From assembly GCA_963674745.2 (NCBI GenBank), contig CAXXDV010000001.1, forward strand, positions 992,001 through 1,056,000: a stretch of 64,000 bases of DNA. Reading direction: 5' to 3'. The notes beneath the pieces are model-generated. The model had not been told where the DNA came from. It made no database searches and saw nothing but the letters and a program-made list of their open reading frames with translations. Both the position numbers and the translations under genes were made by a program. Positions 10,071 through 19,195 of this stretch are shown here, one piece after another (the stretch's first letter is position 1; every line of letters starts with the position of its first letter). This stretch comes from Desulfosudaceae bacterium (GTDB lineage: Bacteria; Desulfobacterota; Desulfobacteria; Desulfobacterales; Desulfosudaceae).

Positions 10071-11339
10071 TTATCGTAGGCTCCGCTTTTTCTTTGCCTT
10101 TACACCGTACTTTTTGCGATTTCGATCAATTTTTATGGCTGTCATCAACCCCTTGTCCCGCACGGCAAACATCTTCAGCCCCAGGCGGCCCATGTTAAAA
10201 AAACGCTTTCCGTATTTGCTTAATTCTTTCTCGTTAATTTCAAATCCCAGTCCCGGCAGCCTTGGCGGATTCAGTACCCCGCGATCATGGTGAAACTTTT
10301 CAACCAGCAGCCCGTCGCGTTTATCCACCACCCATGACGGTGGATTAAGCGGATACTCAAGAGGCTTGCGGCCGTTGAAACCACTGGCCAGCATAAGCTG
10401 AAGGTTCACGGCAAAACCGATGCCGTTGGTCCAGGTATGGGGTGTGTATAAAAGATCGTTTTCGCGACACAGCCTGGCCACTTCCATTGTCTGGGCGATA
10501 CCGCCGGTCATGATGGCATCCGGTTGAAAAATATGATAACATTTTCGCTCGATCATCATCTTCAGCTCGGCAAACCCGTTGGTATGGATTTCTCCGCCAC
10601 TGATGGGCACCCGGCTGTAAGCGGTCAGGGCGGCCTGATCGTCATAAGCGTCCATGGGCAGGGGTTCCTCCAGCCAGGCCACGCCCAGGTCGGCACAGGC
10701 ATCGGCAAAATTTTTAGCCCGCGCAAGGTCCCACAGGGGGGCATCATTGACAATGGTCACCCGCCAGGCCTGGTTGGCATCCACGCCGATATTAATTTTA
10801 TCACCCATGGCCACGGCCACGGCTTCCACCTGGGCAATGTCCTTTTTAATATCAAAGTCATGCACCCGCAGCTTGACGCTTTTAAAGCCCTCTTCATAGC
10901 GCTGCTGAACTTCTTCCACCCGCGCCCGGGGTGATTTCACCTCCCCGGTTGACGCATACAGCGCGACCGGTTCGTGTTGACCGCCCAGCAGTTCATATAC
11001 GGGCTTGTTTTCCAGCTTGCCCGAGATGTCCCAGAAAGCGGGCTCCATCCAGTTGGCGCGAACCCCGAGGTAGGACACTTCCCGCAGACGCTGCTGGATC
11101 AGCGGAATATCAGTGGCATCAACATCGATCAGGTAGGGTGTGATCAGTTCTCCCAGGCCTCTGCGCTCGGTGGAGATGGCCGGGCCGGCGGAATATCCCT
11201 GAACGCCGCTTGCCGTGGTCACACGGACAAGGTCAAACCGGTTTTCGGTCTGGGGATACCCCGGAATCCAGCTGGGATAAAACGGTTTATCAAGGGGGAT
11301 ACGAACATGAAACAGTTCAATGCGTGAAATTTGGCTCAT
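10071..11339 (-). CDS. Mandelate racemase/muconate lactonizing enzyme family protein
   Basis: KSVKLR, VDANQAW, WLEEPL, SGGE, IFQPD enolase-superfamily motifs. Confidence 0.9.
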   Translation of the reverse strand: MSQISRIELFHVRIPLDKPFYPSWIPGYPQTENRFDLVRVTTASGVQGYSAGPAISTERRGLGELITPYLIDVDATDIPLIQQRLREVSYLGVRANWMEPAFWDISGKLENKPVYELLGGQHEPVALYASTGEVKSPRARVEEVQQRYEEGFKSVKLRVHDFDIKKDIAQVEAVAVAMGDKINIGVDANQAWRVTIVNDAPLWDLARAKNFADACADLGVAWLEEPLPMDAYDDQAALTAYSRVPISGGEIHTNGFAELKMMIERKCYHIFQPDAIMTGGIAQTMEVARLCRENDLLYTPHTWTNGIGFAVNLQLMLASGFNGRKPLEYPLNPPSWVVDKRDGLLVEKFHHDRGVLNPPRLPGLGFEINEKELSKYGKRFFNMGRLGLKMFAVRDKGLMTAIKIDRNRKKYGVKAKKKRSLR

Positions 11340-11561
11340 GGTCTGCTCCTGAAAATGGGATTAATTTGTTTTACCATATTTTCAATTTTATGCCAGCCTG
11401 GAAACGCTCCTGTCGAAAAATCGGGACAGGCCTGCCCGCTGACGCTCATCCGCTATGGCGCTTCCGGAAATTTGTTTGAAAACAAACCCTAAACATGATA
11501 CACAAAGAGACAGTATATATTTGTTTTCTTTAGAACATATTGTTACCCGGAATGGAATCGA

Positions 11562-12566
11562 ATGTCTGTTTATACCCGCCAGCTGATGAATTGCGTGGAA
11601 ATCGGCAAGGCCGTTACTTCGGCCGCCAACATGGAGGAAATTACCGCCGTCATCCTCAAGCGCCTCAGCGAATTGATCAAGGCCCGGAACTGGACATTAT
11701 ATCTGCTGGACCATGAACGCGAGGAGCTGATCTTCGCCCTGGTGATGGGGCTGGATTATAATCTGGTCAAAGATCAACGCATTAAGCTGGGAGAGGGTAT
11801 TGCCGGTAAAGTGGCCCTGACCGGAGAACCCATTTCCGTTCGCAAAGAAGTGGGGCACGACCCGCGCTTCAACCCGGAGATCGACTCGCTGACGGGGTTT
11901 AAGACGAAATCCATCATATGTATCCCGCTTAAAGCCCAGGGCCGTGTGATCGGTGTGCTGGAAGTGATCAATCCTCAGGACACATCGCTTTTTGAAGACG
12001 ACTATCAGCCGATCCTGTCCATTCTGGCGGATTTCACCGCCATCGGCATCGTCAACGCCCGGGTCTATGAAGAAATCAACCGCCTGGTCATTACCGATGA
12101 TGTCACCGGCTGTTACAACACCCGTTTCCTGCATGATTTCCTGAAACAGGTCATCGACAGCGGGCAGGAAGTTTCCCTGGTGTTTCTCGATCTGGACGAC
12201 TTTAAAAGCGTGGTGGACACACACGGACACCAGCTTGGCAGTAAAATGCTAAAAGAGGTGGCGACCACCCTGGTGGACAGCGTTGATCGCCAGGACCGCC
12301 TGGTCCATTACGGAGGGGACGAGTTTGTGATTATCTTTCCGGGGCAGGACAAGGCCACGGCCCTGGCCAAGGTTGATAAAATTCGAAACACGCTTGAGAA
12401 AACGGCGTTCCTTCAGGAAGAAGGCCTCCAGGTCCCCATCAGCGCCAGTTTCGGCGTCGCCGGCTGCCCTCATGACGCGCCGGATCAGAAAAGCCTGCTC
12501 CAGCTGGCCGACAACGCGCTCTACCGCAGCAAGGATAAAGGCAAAAACGCGGTCACGGTGATGTAA
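11562..12566 (+). CDS. GAF-GGDEF dinucleotide cyclase with Hypr-type Ser signature
   Basis: N-terminal GAF (GEGIAGKVA...IDSLTGFKTKSIICIPL); DLDDFK..DTHGHQLGS; YGGDEF. Confidence 0.9.
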   Translation: MSVYTRQLMNCVEIGKAVTSAANMEEITAVILKRLSELIKARNWTLYLLDHEREELIFALVMGLDYNLVKDQRIKLGEGIAGKVALTGEPISVRKEVGHDPRFNPEIDSLTGFKTKSIICIPLKAQGRVIGVLEVINPQDTSLFEDDYQPILSILADFTAIGIVNARVYEEINRLVITDDVTGCYNTRFLHDFLKQVIDSGQEVSLVFLDLDDFKSVVDTHGHQLGSKMLKEVATTLVDSVDRQDRLVHYGGDEFVIIFPGQDKATALAKVDKIRNTLEKTAFLQEEGLQVPISASFGVAGCPHDAPDQKSLLQLADNALYRSKDKGKNAVTVM

Positions 12567-12574
12567 CCGACGAT

Positions 12575-14173
12575 CTACTGTTTGCGCGTCCAACCCTCAT
12601 ATCTTTTACAGGCCTCCTCATGCCCCAGGTCGCAGGCCTGTTTCAGATCTTCCAGGGCGTGTTCCATATCATCGTTATGATAATGGGTGCCGAATCTTTC
12701 GTAATACGCATCCGCATGATCCGGTACCAGGGAAATATAGTCGTTCCAGTAGGCGATAATCGTCTCCCACCGACGGTCACGGACAAGAATGTAATCGATC
12801 ATGCGATAGGATTCAAAGTGGCGCGGGTCTATGGCGATGGCGGATTGAAAATCCATCAGCGCCGCATCAAACGCCTTTAAATCGTAATGGGCACGGCCCC
12901 GCCAGAAATAAGCGTCCACGTTTTCTTCATCAAACGCAAGCGACAGGTTATATTTCTCAATCGCGCCCTGATGATCGCCTTTAAACTGTTTATGCCCCTC
13001 GTGCATAATGATATTGGACGCTTTTTCTTTCCACCCGATGATATCCGGATCGACCGGGTTGATAAGCATGGCCCTTTCCAGGTCCGCCTTTGATTCATCA
13101 TACTGCTCCCGTGCCAGATAGACAACCGACCTGATCCGGTAACCGTCTGCCTTTGTCGGCCTTAATTCGATACTTCGATTGACATATTCAAGCGCCCGGT
13201 CATAGTCCTTGATGTTATAACAGTAAATTCTGGCCAGATCACTATAGATGATACACAAATCACCGAATGACAGGGCCTTGTTCAAAAGATCAATCGCTTC
13301 CTGATATTTTTTTTTATGGCGATATACCCTGGCCTGATCAAGGTAAATCAGCCCGTACAGCGCGCCAAGGGAAGGGTTAACTTCCATGTGCGCCTCGGCC
13401 TTTTTCACCAGGGCTTCCATCTGCGAATAGCTTCCGCCCCACCGGGGCTGTTTTGACCACATTGCCGAGAACAGGACAAGCGACGAAGAAGGAAACAATT
13501 CCATGCCGTGTTTAATTGTCCTGTCTTCCAGCACATCCTCGCCATCGCAGTTATAAATTCCGATTAAGACGGGATAAACGATCAGCAGGTCGGGATGAAG
13601 GGCCAACGCCTGATCAATATTCCTGAGTGCTTCTGAAAAAAAATGGCGCATTCCTTTGAACTGCGCATCGGAAGTCTCTCCGGCCCAATCGGTTCCTCTG
13701 CTCGCCAGGCCTCTTTCATAGTTATACAGGGCAAAGGCCAGATAGGGCTGATAGGCATCAGGGGAATGATGGATCCACTGTTTAAAATACGTTTCATTGT
13801 CCGAATCGGGCACGGCCAGGGATGTATACGCATCGGACAGCTTGTATTCGTTGGCCGGGTCCGCTTCAAACGCCTTCTGATAACCGTTTAGGATCTCATT
13901 TAAAGCATCAAAATCTCCGCTTTTGAGCATCTCCCGCAACCGGGCCATTTGCCGGTAATCAATCGTTTCCGGGGCAAGGGCTGAAGCAGGGAGATCCGGT
14001 GCGGCCTGTGTTACTTCATACACGTCGCCTTTCCAGAGACGTGCCGCCAGGTTGAAAAGACCACTATGAAGATCAAAATGCCTGATGGTGATGATGGATA
14101 TTGATATGATCACCACCAGAAACACCGCGGTCAACAAGAATGGGGTTAAACCACTTCTATTGCCATCATCCAT
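12575..14173 (-). CDS. Membrane-anchored DUF4034-like + TPR repeat protein
   Basis: N-terminal TM; RGTDWA and PRWGGSY motifs; multiple TPRs ending in AxxDLxxACxLG. Confidence 0.75.
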   Translation of the reverse strand: MDDGNRSGLTPFLLTAVFLVVIISISIITIRHFDLHSGLFNLAARLWKGDVYEVTQAAPDLPASALAPETIDYRQMARLREMLKSGDFDALNEILNGYQKAFEADPANEYKLSDAYTSLAVPDSDNETYFKQWIHHSPDAYQPYLAFALYNYERGLASRGTDWAGETSDAQFKGMRHFFSEALRNIDQALALHPDLLIVYPVLIGIYNCDGEDVLEDRTIKHGMELFPSSSLVLFSAMWSKQPRWGGSYSQMEALVKKAEAHMEVNPSLGALYGLIYLDQARVYRHKKKYQEAIDLLNKALSFGDLCIIYSDLARIYCYNIKDYDRALEYVNRSIELRPTKADGYRIRSVVYLAREQYDESKADLERAMLINPVDPDIIGWKEKASNIIMHEGHKQFKGDHQGAIEKYNLSLAFDEENVDAYFWRGRAHYDLKAFDAALMDFQSAIAIDPRHFESYRMIDYILVRDRRWETIIAYWNDYISLVPDHADAYYERFGTHYHNDDMEHALEDLKQACDLGHEEACKRYEGWTRKQ

Positions 14174-14211
14174 CCCCCCCCCTTTTTTTCACAAACCTGT
14201 CTGTTTTAGAT

Positions 14212-15039
14212 TCAGTCGCACTTTATCTCGGCGGCCGCATCCGGATCAAACGGGTTAATCCGTACTGCCAATGAAAAAAGATATTTATAATTCAATTGCA
14301 GATATCGTATATAGCGCAACCATTCGGACACCAGCAATTTGTATACCCGGGCCATATCCCCTTCCAGATGTCTGCGGTCCGTTTCAGGCACATCAGACAG
14401 GTCTTTCCGGTTTAACAGTTCATCCCGCAGGTGAAACAGGGCACGAAGAAGTTCCGTAAAACGCTCATGTTCCTGAATGTTCGGATTTTCAAGCAGCCGC
14501 AACAAAAAATCGCCGTTTTCCCGCAGAAAAGCCAGTAATGCAGGCCCGTCACCGCCAGCAAAGTCGATTGAGAAATGATGCTGCCGGATAAAACCATCGG
14601 CCCTGACAAAGTCTTCTTTTTTCCAGTCCGATGAAACTTTCAGCTCCTTTTGAAGCGCTGCAAGCCCAGGATCATATCCCGCAAACCGCCTTAACAGCGC
14701 GTTACCGATTTCACTGAAAAACAACCCGGTGACCATATCGATTTTCTGCTGCCTGGCCGCTTCTTCGCGGCGATTGACAAACACATCCGTAATACTGGCA
14801 ATAACACCGAGAAAAGTGCCCACACCGCCGATGATAATGACCAGGGTCAGGAGCTTACCGATACCGGTCACGGGATGAAGATCGCCATACCCGACGGTCG
14901 CCATGGTAACAATGGAAAAATAGACGGCGTCGGTCAAAGACATGCCCTCAAACGCCATGAAGCCGATGATACCGGCCAGCAGCAGCCCCGTGAAGACCGC
15001 CAGATATACTTTAAGGCGAAAATTCGTCTTGTCGCTCAT
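14212..15039 (-). CDS. Potassium channel family protein (2-TM pore)
   Basis: TMATVGYGD selectivity filter. Confidence 0.9.
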   Translation of the reverse strand: MSDKTNFRLKVYLAVFTGLLLAGIIGFMAFEGMSLTDAVYFSIVTMATVGYGDLHPVTGIGKLLTLVIIIGGVGTFLGVIASITDVFVNRREEAARQQKIDMVTGLFFSEIGNALLRRFAGYDPGLAALQKELKVSSDWKKEDFVRADGFIRQHHFSIDFAGGDGPALLAFLRENGDFLLRLLENPNIQEHERFTELLRALFHLRDELLNRKDLSDVPETDRRHLEGDMARVYKLLVSEWLRYIRYLQLNYKYLFSLAVRINPFDPDAAAEIKCD

Positions 15040-15048
15040 AACTGTCCC

Positions 15049-15846
15049 TTATGCTTTCAGCCGCTTTTCGATTTCGGTTTCCGATATATGATAAAGCGCG
15101 TCAATAAAACAGACCTGGAAGCTGCCCGGACCGGCGGCGTTTTCGGCCGCTATTTCTCCGGCAATACCCATAACGGCCATGGCATGGGCCGCGGCCTGGT
15201 CATAATCCGGATTGACTGCGGCAAAAGCCCCGCACAGGGCGGTGGCCGTGCAGCCCAGCCCCGTAACACGCGGCATCAGGGAATGGCCGTTTTTTACTTC
15301 CACCACGACTCGGGAGGATACGATAAAATCAACGGCTCCTGTCACGCAAACCGCGCAGGAAAAATCCCGGGCCAGGACTTTGGCCGCGTCAACGGCCTGG
15401 CCTGAAGCACGGGTACTGTCGACACCTTTGGTGCTCACCTCTTCTTCACAAAGCGCCAGGATCTCCGAAGCGTTTCCCCGGATAATCGCGGGTGCACCTG
15501 CCCGCATGAGCGATTTGGCCGTCCGGGTGCGGTACGCCGTGGCCCCGGCCCCTACCGGGTCCAAAACAATGGGAATATTCCGCTGGGCGGCTTTTTCAAC
15601 AGCCTTGTACATGGCCGCGATCCAATCATCGCTCAAAGTGCCGATATTAATGACCAGGGCGCCGGCAATCCCGGCCATGTCCTCAACTTCGGGCAGGGCA
15701 TGGGCCATGACCGGCGAAGCGCCAATGGCCAGAAGGGCGTTGGCAGTGATGTTCATCACCACGTAGTTGGTAATGTTGTGGATCAGGGGCGTCTGCTTTC
15801 TGATTTCGTTAACATCACTGAAAATGGATGTTGCTGTCAGGGCCAT
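15049..15846 (-). CDS. thiM: Hydroxyethylthiazole kinase
   Basis: PLIHNITNYVVMNITANALLAIGASPVMA, LDPVGAGAT, RGNASEI, VTGLGC; ATG at 15846 with AGGAG RBS. Confidence 0.95.
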   Translation of the reverse strand: MALTATSIFSDVNEIRKQTPLIHNITNYVVMNITANALLAIGASPVMAHALPEVEDMAGIAGALVINIGTLSDDWIAAMYKAVEKAAQRNIPIVLDPVGAGATAYRTRTAKSLMRAGAPAIIRGNASEILALCEEEVSTKGVDSTRASGQAVDAAKVLARDFSCAVCVTGAVDFIVSSRVVVEVKNGHSLMPRVTGLGCTATALCGAFAAVNPDYDQAAAHAMAVMGIAGEIAAENAAGPGSFQVCFIDALYHISETEIEKRLKA

Positions 15847-16145
15847 GGGTTTTCTCCTTTTTGCCGGACATGATAGCGGTCTTTTGGTTATTTTGTAAAA
15901 CAACCCAACATAATTTACAACCATTTGTACTTTAATGGTTAATCATTCATCGTCAAAAAACTCATGAAATATCCGGGTTTGCCAGGCCGGCCGTGTGTGT
16001 AAATGATTTTCCGGCCGCCGGAAGATATACACTTATACAAAAAGCCTTGACAACCCCATGCTTTAATTTATTATACATCTGTACAAAAAATTTGCTTGTT
16101 TATTACCTTGTGCCCATCGGTAAAAAAATAAAGGCACAAGTAAAC

Positions 16146-16286
16146 GTTTCCCATCCATAAATGGCCTTTTTCCGCAAGGTCAAGGAAAACAAGGGGTTTT
16201 GCGGAAGCGTACTGTTCGTGCGCCGCACAAATGCGCCCGCAGCTTGACACATAGATTGCGGCAAAAGGCCATTTATGGATGGAAAC
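16146..16286. mobile_element. MITE-like element with ~31-bp terminal inverted repeats
   Basis: Left GTTTCCCATCCATAAATGGCCTTTTTCCGCAA; right (revcomp) GTTTCCATCCATAAATGGCCTTTTGCCGCAA; non-coding interior. Confidence 0.65.
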
Positions 16287-16308
16287 CACCTAAGAGGGAG
16301 GCATAAGC

Positions 16309-17967
16309 ATGATGTTACATCGAAAGATCGGCTGTCGTGTGGCATGCGCTTTACTCGCTGTTTTTTTCCTTGGTTTTGTTCCAATTTCTTCAGCAGCGGA
16401 CTTATCTAAAGCTAAAATGCAGGCCATATTGGATGAGAGCATAAAAGACCTGCTGACCGGAAAGGCATTCCCCCCGGTACTGGAGAAAAAACAGTTGGCC
16501 CTTCGGAAAATGTTTGAAGCCGGCGCTGTCAGCAAGTCCGAGCTGACAGCAATGGTGGAAGCGTCGATGATGCCGATTCTGGACGCGCATCAGCAGGAAA
16601 CCTCGGTAGACATTTTCAAAGAGCTTCCCGCGCGTGTTGAAGCCCTGCTTTCCCCTTACATGAGCTGGCAGGAGGTCAAGGAGGCCGGCTGGCGAATTGC
16701 ATCTCCCCTGATCAATGAAAGCATCAAGAACCTGCTGACCGGGGAGTCGTTCAGCCCGGAACTGGAGCGCAAGCAGCTGGTCGTGAGAAAGATGTTTGAA
16801 GCCGGACTGATCAGCAAGGCGGAGTGTATCACCATGGTGGAGGATTCGATGATTCCCATTCTGGATCATTACAAGACCTCGCGATATATTTTAAAAGACA
16901 TACCTGAACGCGTGGAAGCCCTGCTGGCCCCCTATATGACCTGGGAGGAGGTCGAGGAGGTGGCCTGGCGGAAAGGGTCCTCCCTGATCAAGGATGGGGA
17001 CCAGATGGTCCTCACCATCGGCACCCTGGCCCCGCCAGGAACCCCGTGGATCAACATTCCCGAAAAAGTTCTGATTCCCCGGATCGCCCGGTTGAGCAAC
17101 AACAAGGTAGTCGTTAAAGTTTACGGCGGCGGCGTCATGGGGGAGGATACCGACATCTTAAGAAAGATGGACATCGGCCAGCTCAGCGGCTGCGGCTGCA
17201 CGGCCCTGGGCATTCTGGCTGCGTCACCGGAGATATCGGCCCTTTTGCTGCCGGGCCTTTTCAGAAACTATGATGAAGTGGATTACATACTGGAGAAGTT
17301 CAGAAAAAGGATCGACAGTTCGTTTGAGAAACGGGGTTACATCCTGGGCGCCCTGATTGATACCGGCTTTTTTTACCTGTTTACCAAATACCGTGCATCC
17401 TCTCTGGCCGACCTGAAAAAACAGAAACTGTTGACATGGTTCGGCGAAATGGAAACGACCTTTTACAAAGAGCTTGGAATTGATGCCACGCCCGTGGCCG
17501 TTCCGGAAACAATTTCAGCGCTGAGCATGGAGCTGGCCAACGCCAATATGGCGCCGGCTGCCTGGATGCTCGGCATACAGGCGTATCAGTACCAGAACTA
17601 TTTTTTCACACCGCCGATGGTTTATTCTCCCGGTGCCATCATTGTCAGCGTGGCCACTAAAGAAAAGCTGCGCAAACAATTCGGCGTTTCGGAGACACTG
17701 GCTTACAATGTTCAGGAAATGCTGATTTATGAGGTCAGCCTGTTGGAACCCCGGTGGAAAAAAGAGGTCCGGGATTTTGAGGCAAAAAGCCTGAAGGCGT
17801 TTCAGGTCAAGTGCGGCATGAAAGCCGTCCCCCTCTCCGCCGAGGATCAGAAAACGCTTGAACAGGCGGCCTCGAGGGTTAACGACAAGCTGGCCGACAG
17901 GGTTTATTCCCGAGCCTTCATGGACGACATCCGGAAGGCGCTGGCGGAGTATCGGTCCGGACGGTAA
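16309..17967 (+). CDS. TRAP transporter substrate-binding protein DctP with a tandemly duplicated N-terminal domain
   Basis: Signal peptide; two ~94-aa repeats; then IGTLAPPGTPW...YGGGVMGEDTDILRKMDIGQL DctP domain. Confidence 0.85.
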   Translation: MMLHRKIGCRVACALLAVFFLGFVPISSAADLSKAKMQAILDESIKDLLTGKAFPPVLEKKQLALRKMFEAGAVSKSELTAMVEASMMPILDAHQQETSVDIFKELPARVEALLSPYMSWQEVKEAGWRIASPLINESIKNLLTGESFSPELERKQLVVRKMFEAGLISKAECITMVEDSMIPILDHYKTSRYILKDIPERVEALLAPYMTWEEVEEVAWRKGSSLIKDGDQMVLTIGTLAPPGTPWINIPEKVLIPRIARLSNNKVVVKVYGGGVMGEDTDILRKMDIGQLSGCGCTALGILAASPEISALLLPGLFRNYDEVDYILEKFRKRIDSSFEKRGYILGALIDTGFFYLFTKYRASSLADLKKQKLLTWFGEMETTFYKELGIDATPVAVPETISALSMELANANMAPAAWMLGIQAYQYQNYFFTPPMVYSPGAIIVSVATKEKLRKQFGVSETLAYNVQEMLIYEVSLLEPRWKKEVRDFEAKSLKAFQVKCGMKAVPLSAEDQKTLEQAASRVNDKLADRVYSRAFMDDIRKALAEYRSGR

Positions 17968-18100
17968 CCCTTATGCTTTTCATAAGGCGGTGTTCAGGTT
18001 GGCCCGGAAAAAGGCTTGGCTTTTTCAGGTAAGCCAATCAGCCCGAAATTTTTTCACCGTCATTTGTGCTGTAGCGGCTAATCCATCAGCGTCCAAAAAG

Positions 18101-19096
18101 TCATGACCTGTTCGGGTCGGTCAGACCGGCCTTGTGAGTGGTTTGGGCAATCGCGAAAATTTTTGCGTTCTGTTCTTTCGGAATCAATTCGTTTTTCATC
18201 TGCTCGGTCAGGGCCTTCATGGCAAACCATTGACCCGAAGAAACAACCACCACTTCAAAGGTGCCGTCGTCCCGCATCACGGCGCCACAGCCCGAAGCCC
18301 AGAAAAACATGCGTTTATCAATACGCCCCTTGACCTGTTCGCCGCGCCCGAAAAACACGACTTTTTCATGAACGCCGATCTTTCTGAGCAGGGTATATTT
18401 AAGGCGCACGGAAACCCCGCCATGGGCATAAGCCATAAAACCGCCCCAGCCCATGGTTTCATCCAGCACGGCAAAGAGGGTAATGGGATGCAGGCAACCA
18501 TTACGGCAGAAGCGATGAATGGTCTGTTTGTCTTCCGGGTTAAATCCGGAAAAGGCGCAGACGATGTCACCATGGGGGCTGCTCCACAAATGAAACTGCC
18601 TTTTCAGTCCCGGCATCGACCGTTCGACCCCGCAGACAAAACAGTTCAGGTAATACGGGATATGCTCCAGCTTTCCCGATATCTGCGAAAAATTTTCCGG
18701 AACATAGTCCCGGGCATAAGCATCCTTTTCCGGCACCTTGTCACCAAAGCTGATTTCACCGGTAATATAGGGCATATCAGCCCCCTCGGGACTGATGCGA
18801 CCGGATATACCGGTTTCGGTCGCTGTCGCCTCGATCAGGACCGTATTTCCAACCCGTACTTCACTGCCGCCCATGCGGAAACTGCATTGGACCGGATACT
18901 TTAAATCGTTTTCGAAAGTACAATGTTCAAAACCGTTCGTCAGTTCCAACATCGCGCCCATGCCGATACCGCCGTGGGGAATACCGACCCAGCCTTCTTT
19001 ACCGGCATCCATCATCATCGGCATTGATATTTTCCCGGCGCTTTTGACAATATCGGCATTGTCGAATAAAAACGTGCGCACAAAATCATTTGACAT
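18101..19096 (-). CDS. Double hot-dog fold thioesterase-like protein
   Basis: GWVGIPHGG and CFVCG...LHP...LDETMGW PaaI-like motifs; GGAGG RBS. Confidence 0.7.
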   Translation of the reverse strand: MSNDFVRTFLFDNADIVKSAGKISMPMMMDAGKEGWVGIPHGGIGMGAMLELTNGFEHCTFENDLKYPVQCSFRMGGSEVRVGNTVLIEATATETGISGRISPEGADMPYITGEISFGDKVPEKDAYARDYVPENFSQISGKLEHIPYYLNCFVCGVERSMPGLKRQFHLWSSPHGDIVCAFSGFNPEDKQTIHRFCRNGCLHPITLFAVLDETMGWGGFMAYAHGGVSVRLKYTLLRKIGVHEKVVFFGRGEQVKGRIDKRMFFWASGCGAVMRDDGTFEVVVVSSGQWFAMKALTEQMKNELIPKEQNAKIFAIAQTTHKAGLTDPNRS

Positions 19097-19195
19097 AACC
19101 GCCCCTCCTCCAGGACCCTTTTAAGCCTTTTTGTGGCTATTTTTGGCTGTTTATCTTTTTCTGTCAAGTCACCGGCCCGGCCTGACGCATCTTTA

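Noticed and set aside
15847..16145. TPP riboswitch expected upstream of thiM
   Set aside because: No CUGAGA or CCUGAU...AAUxCxxGCG motifs are visible on the minus strand.
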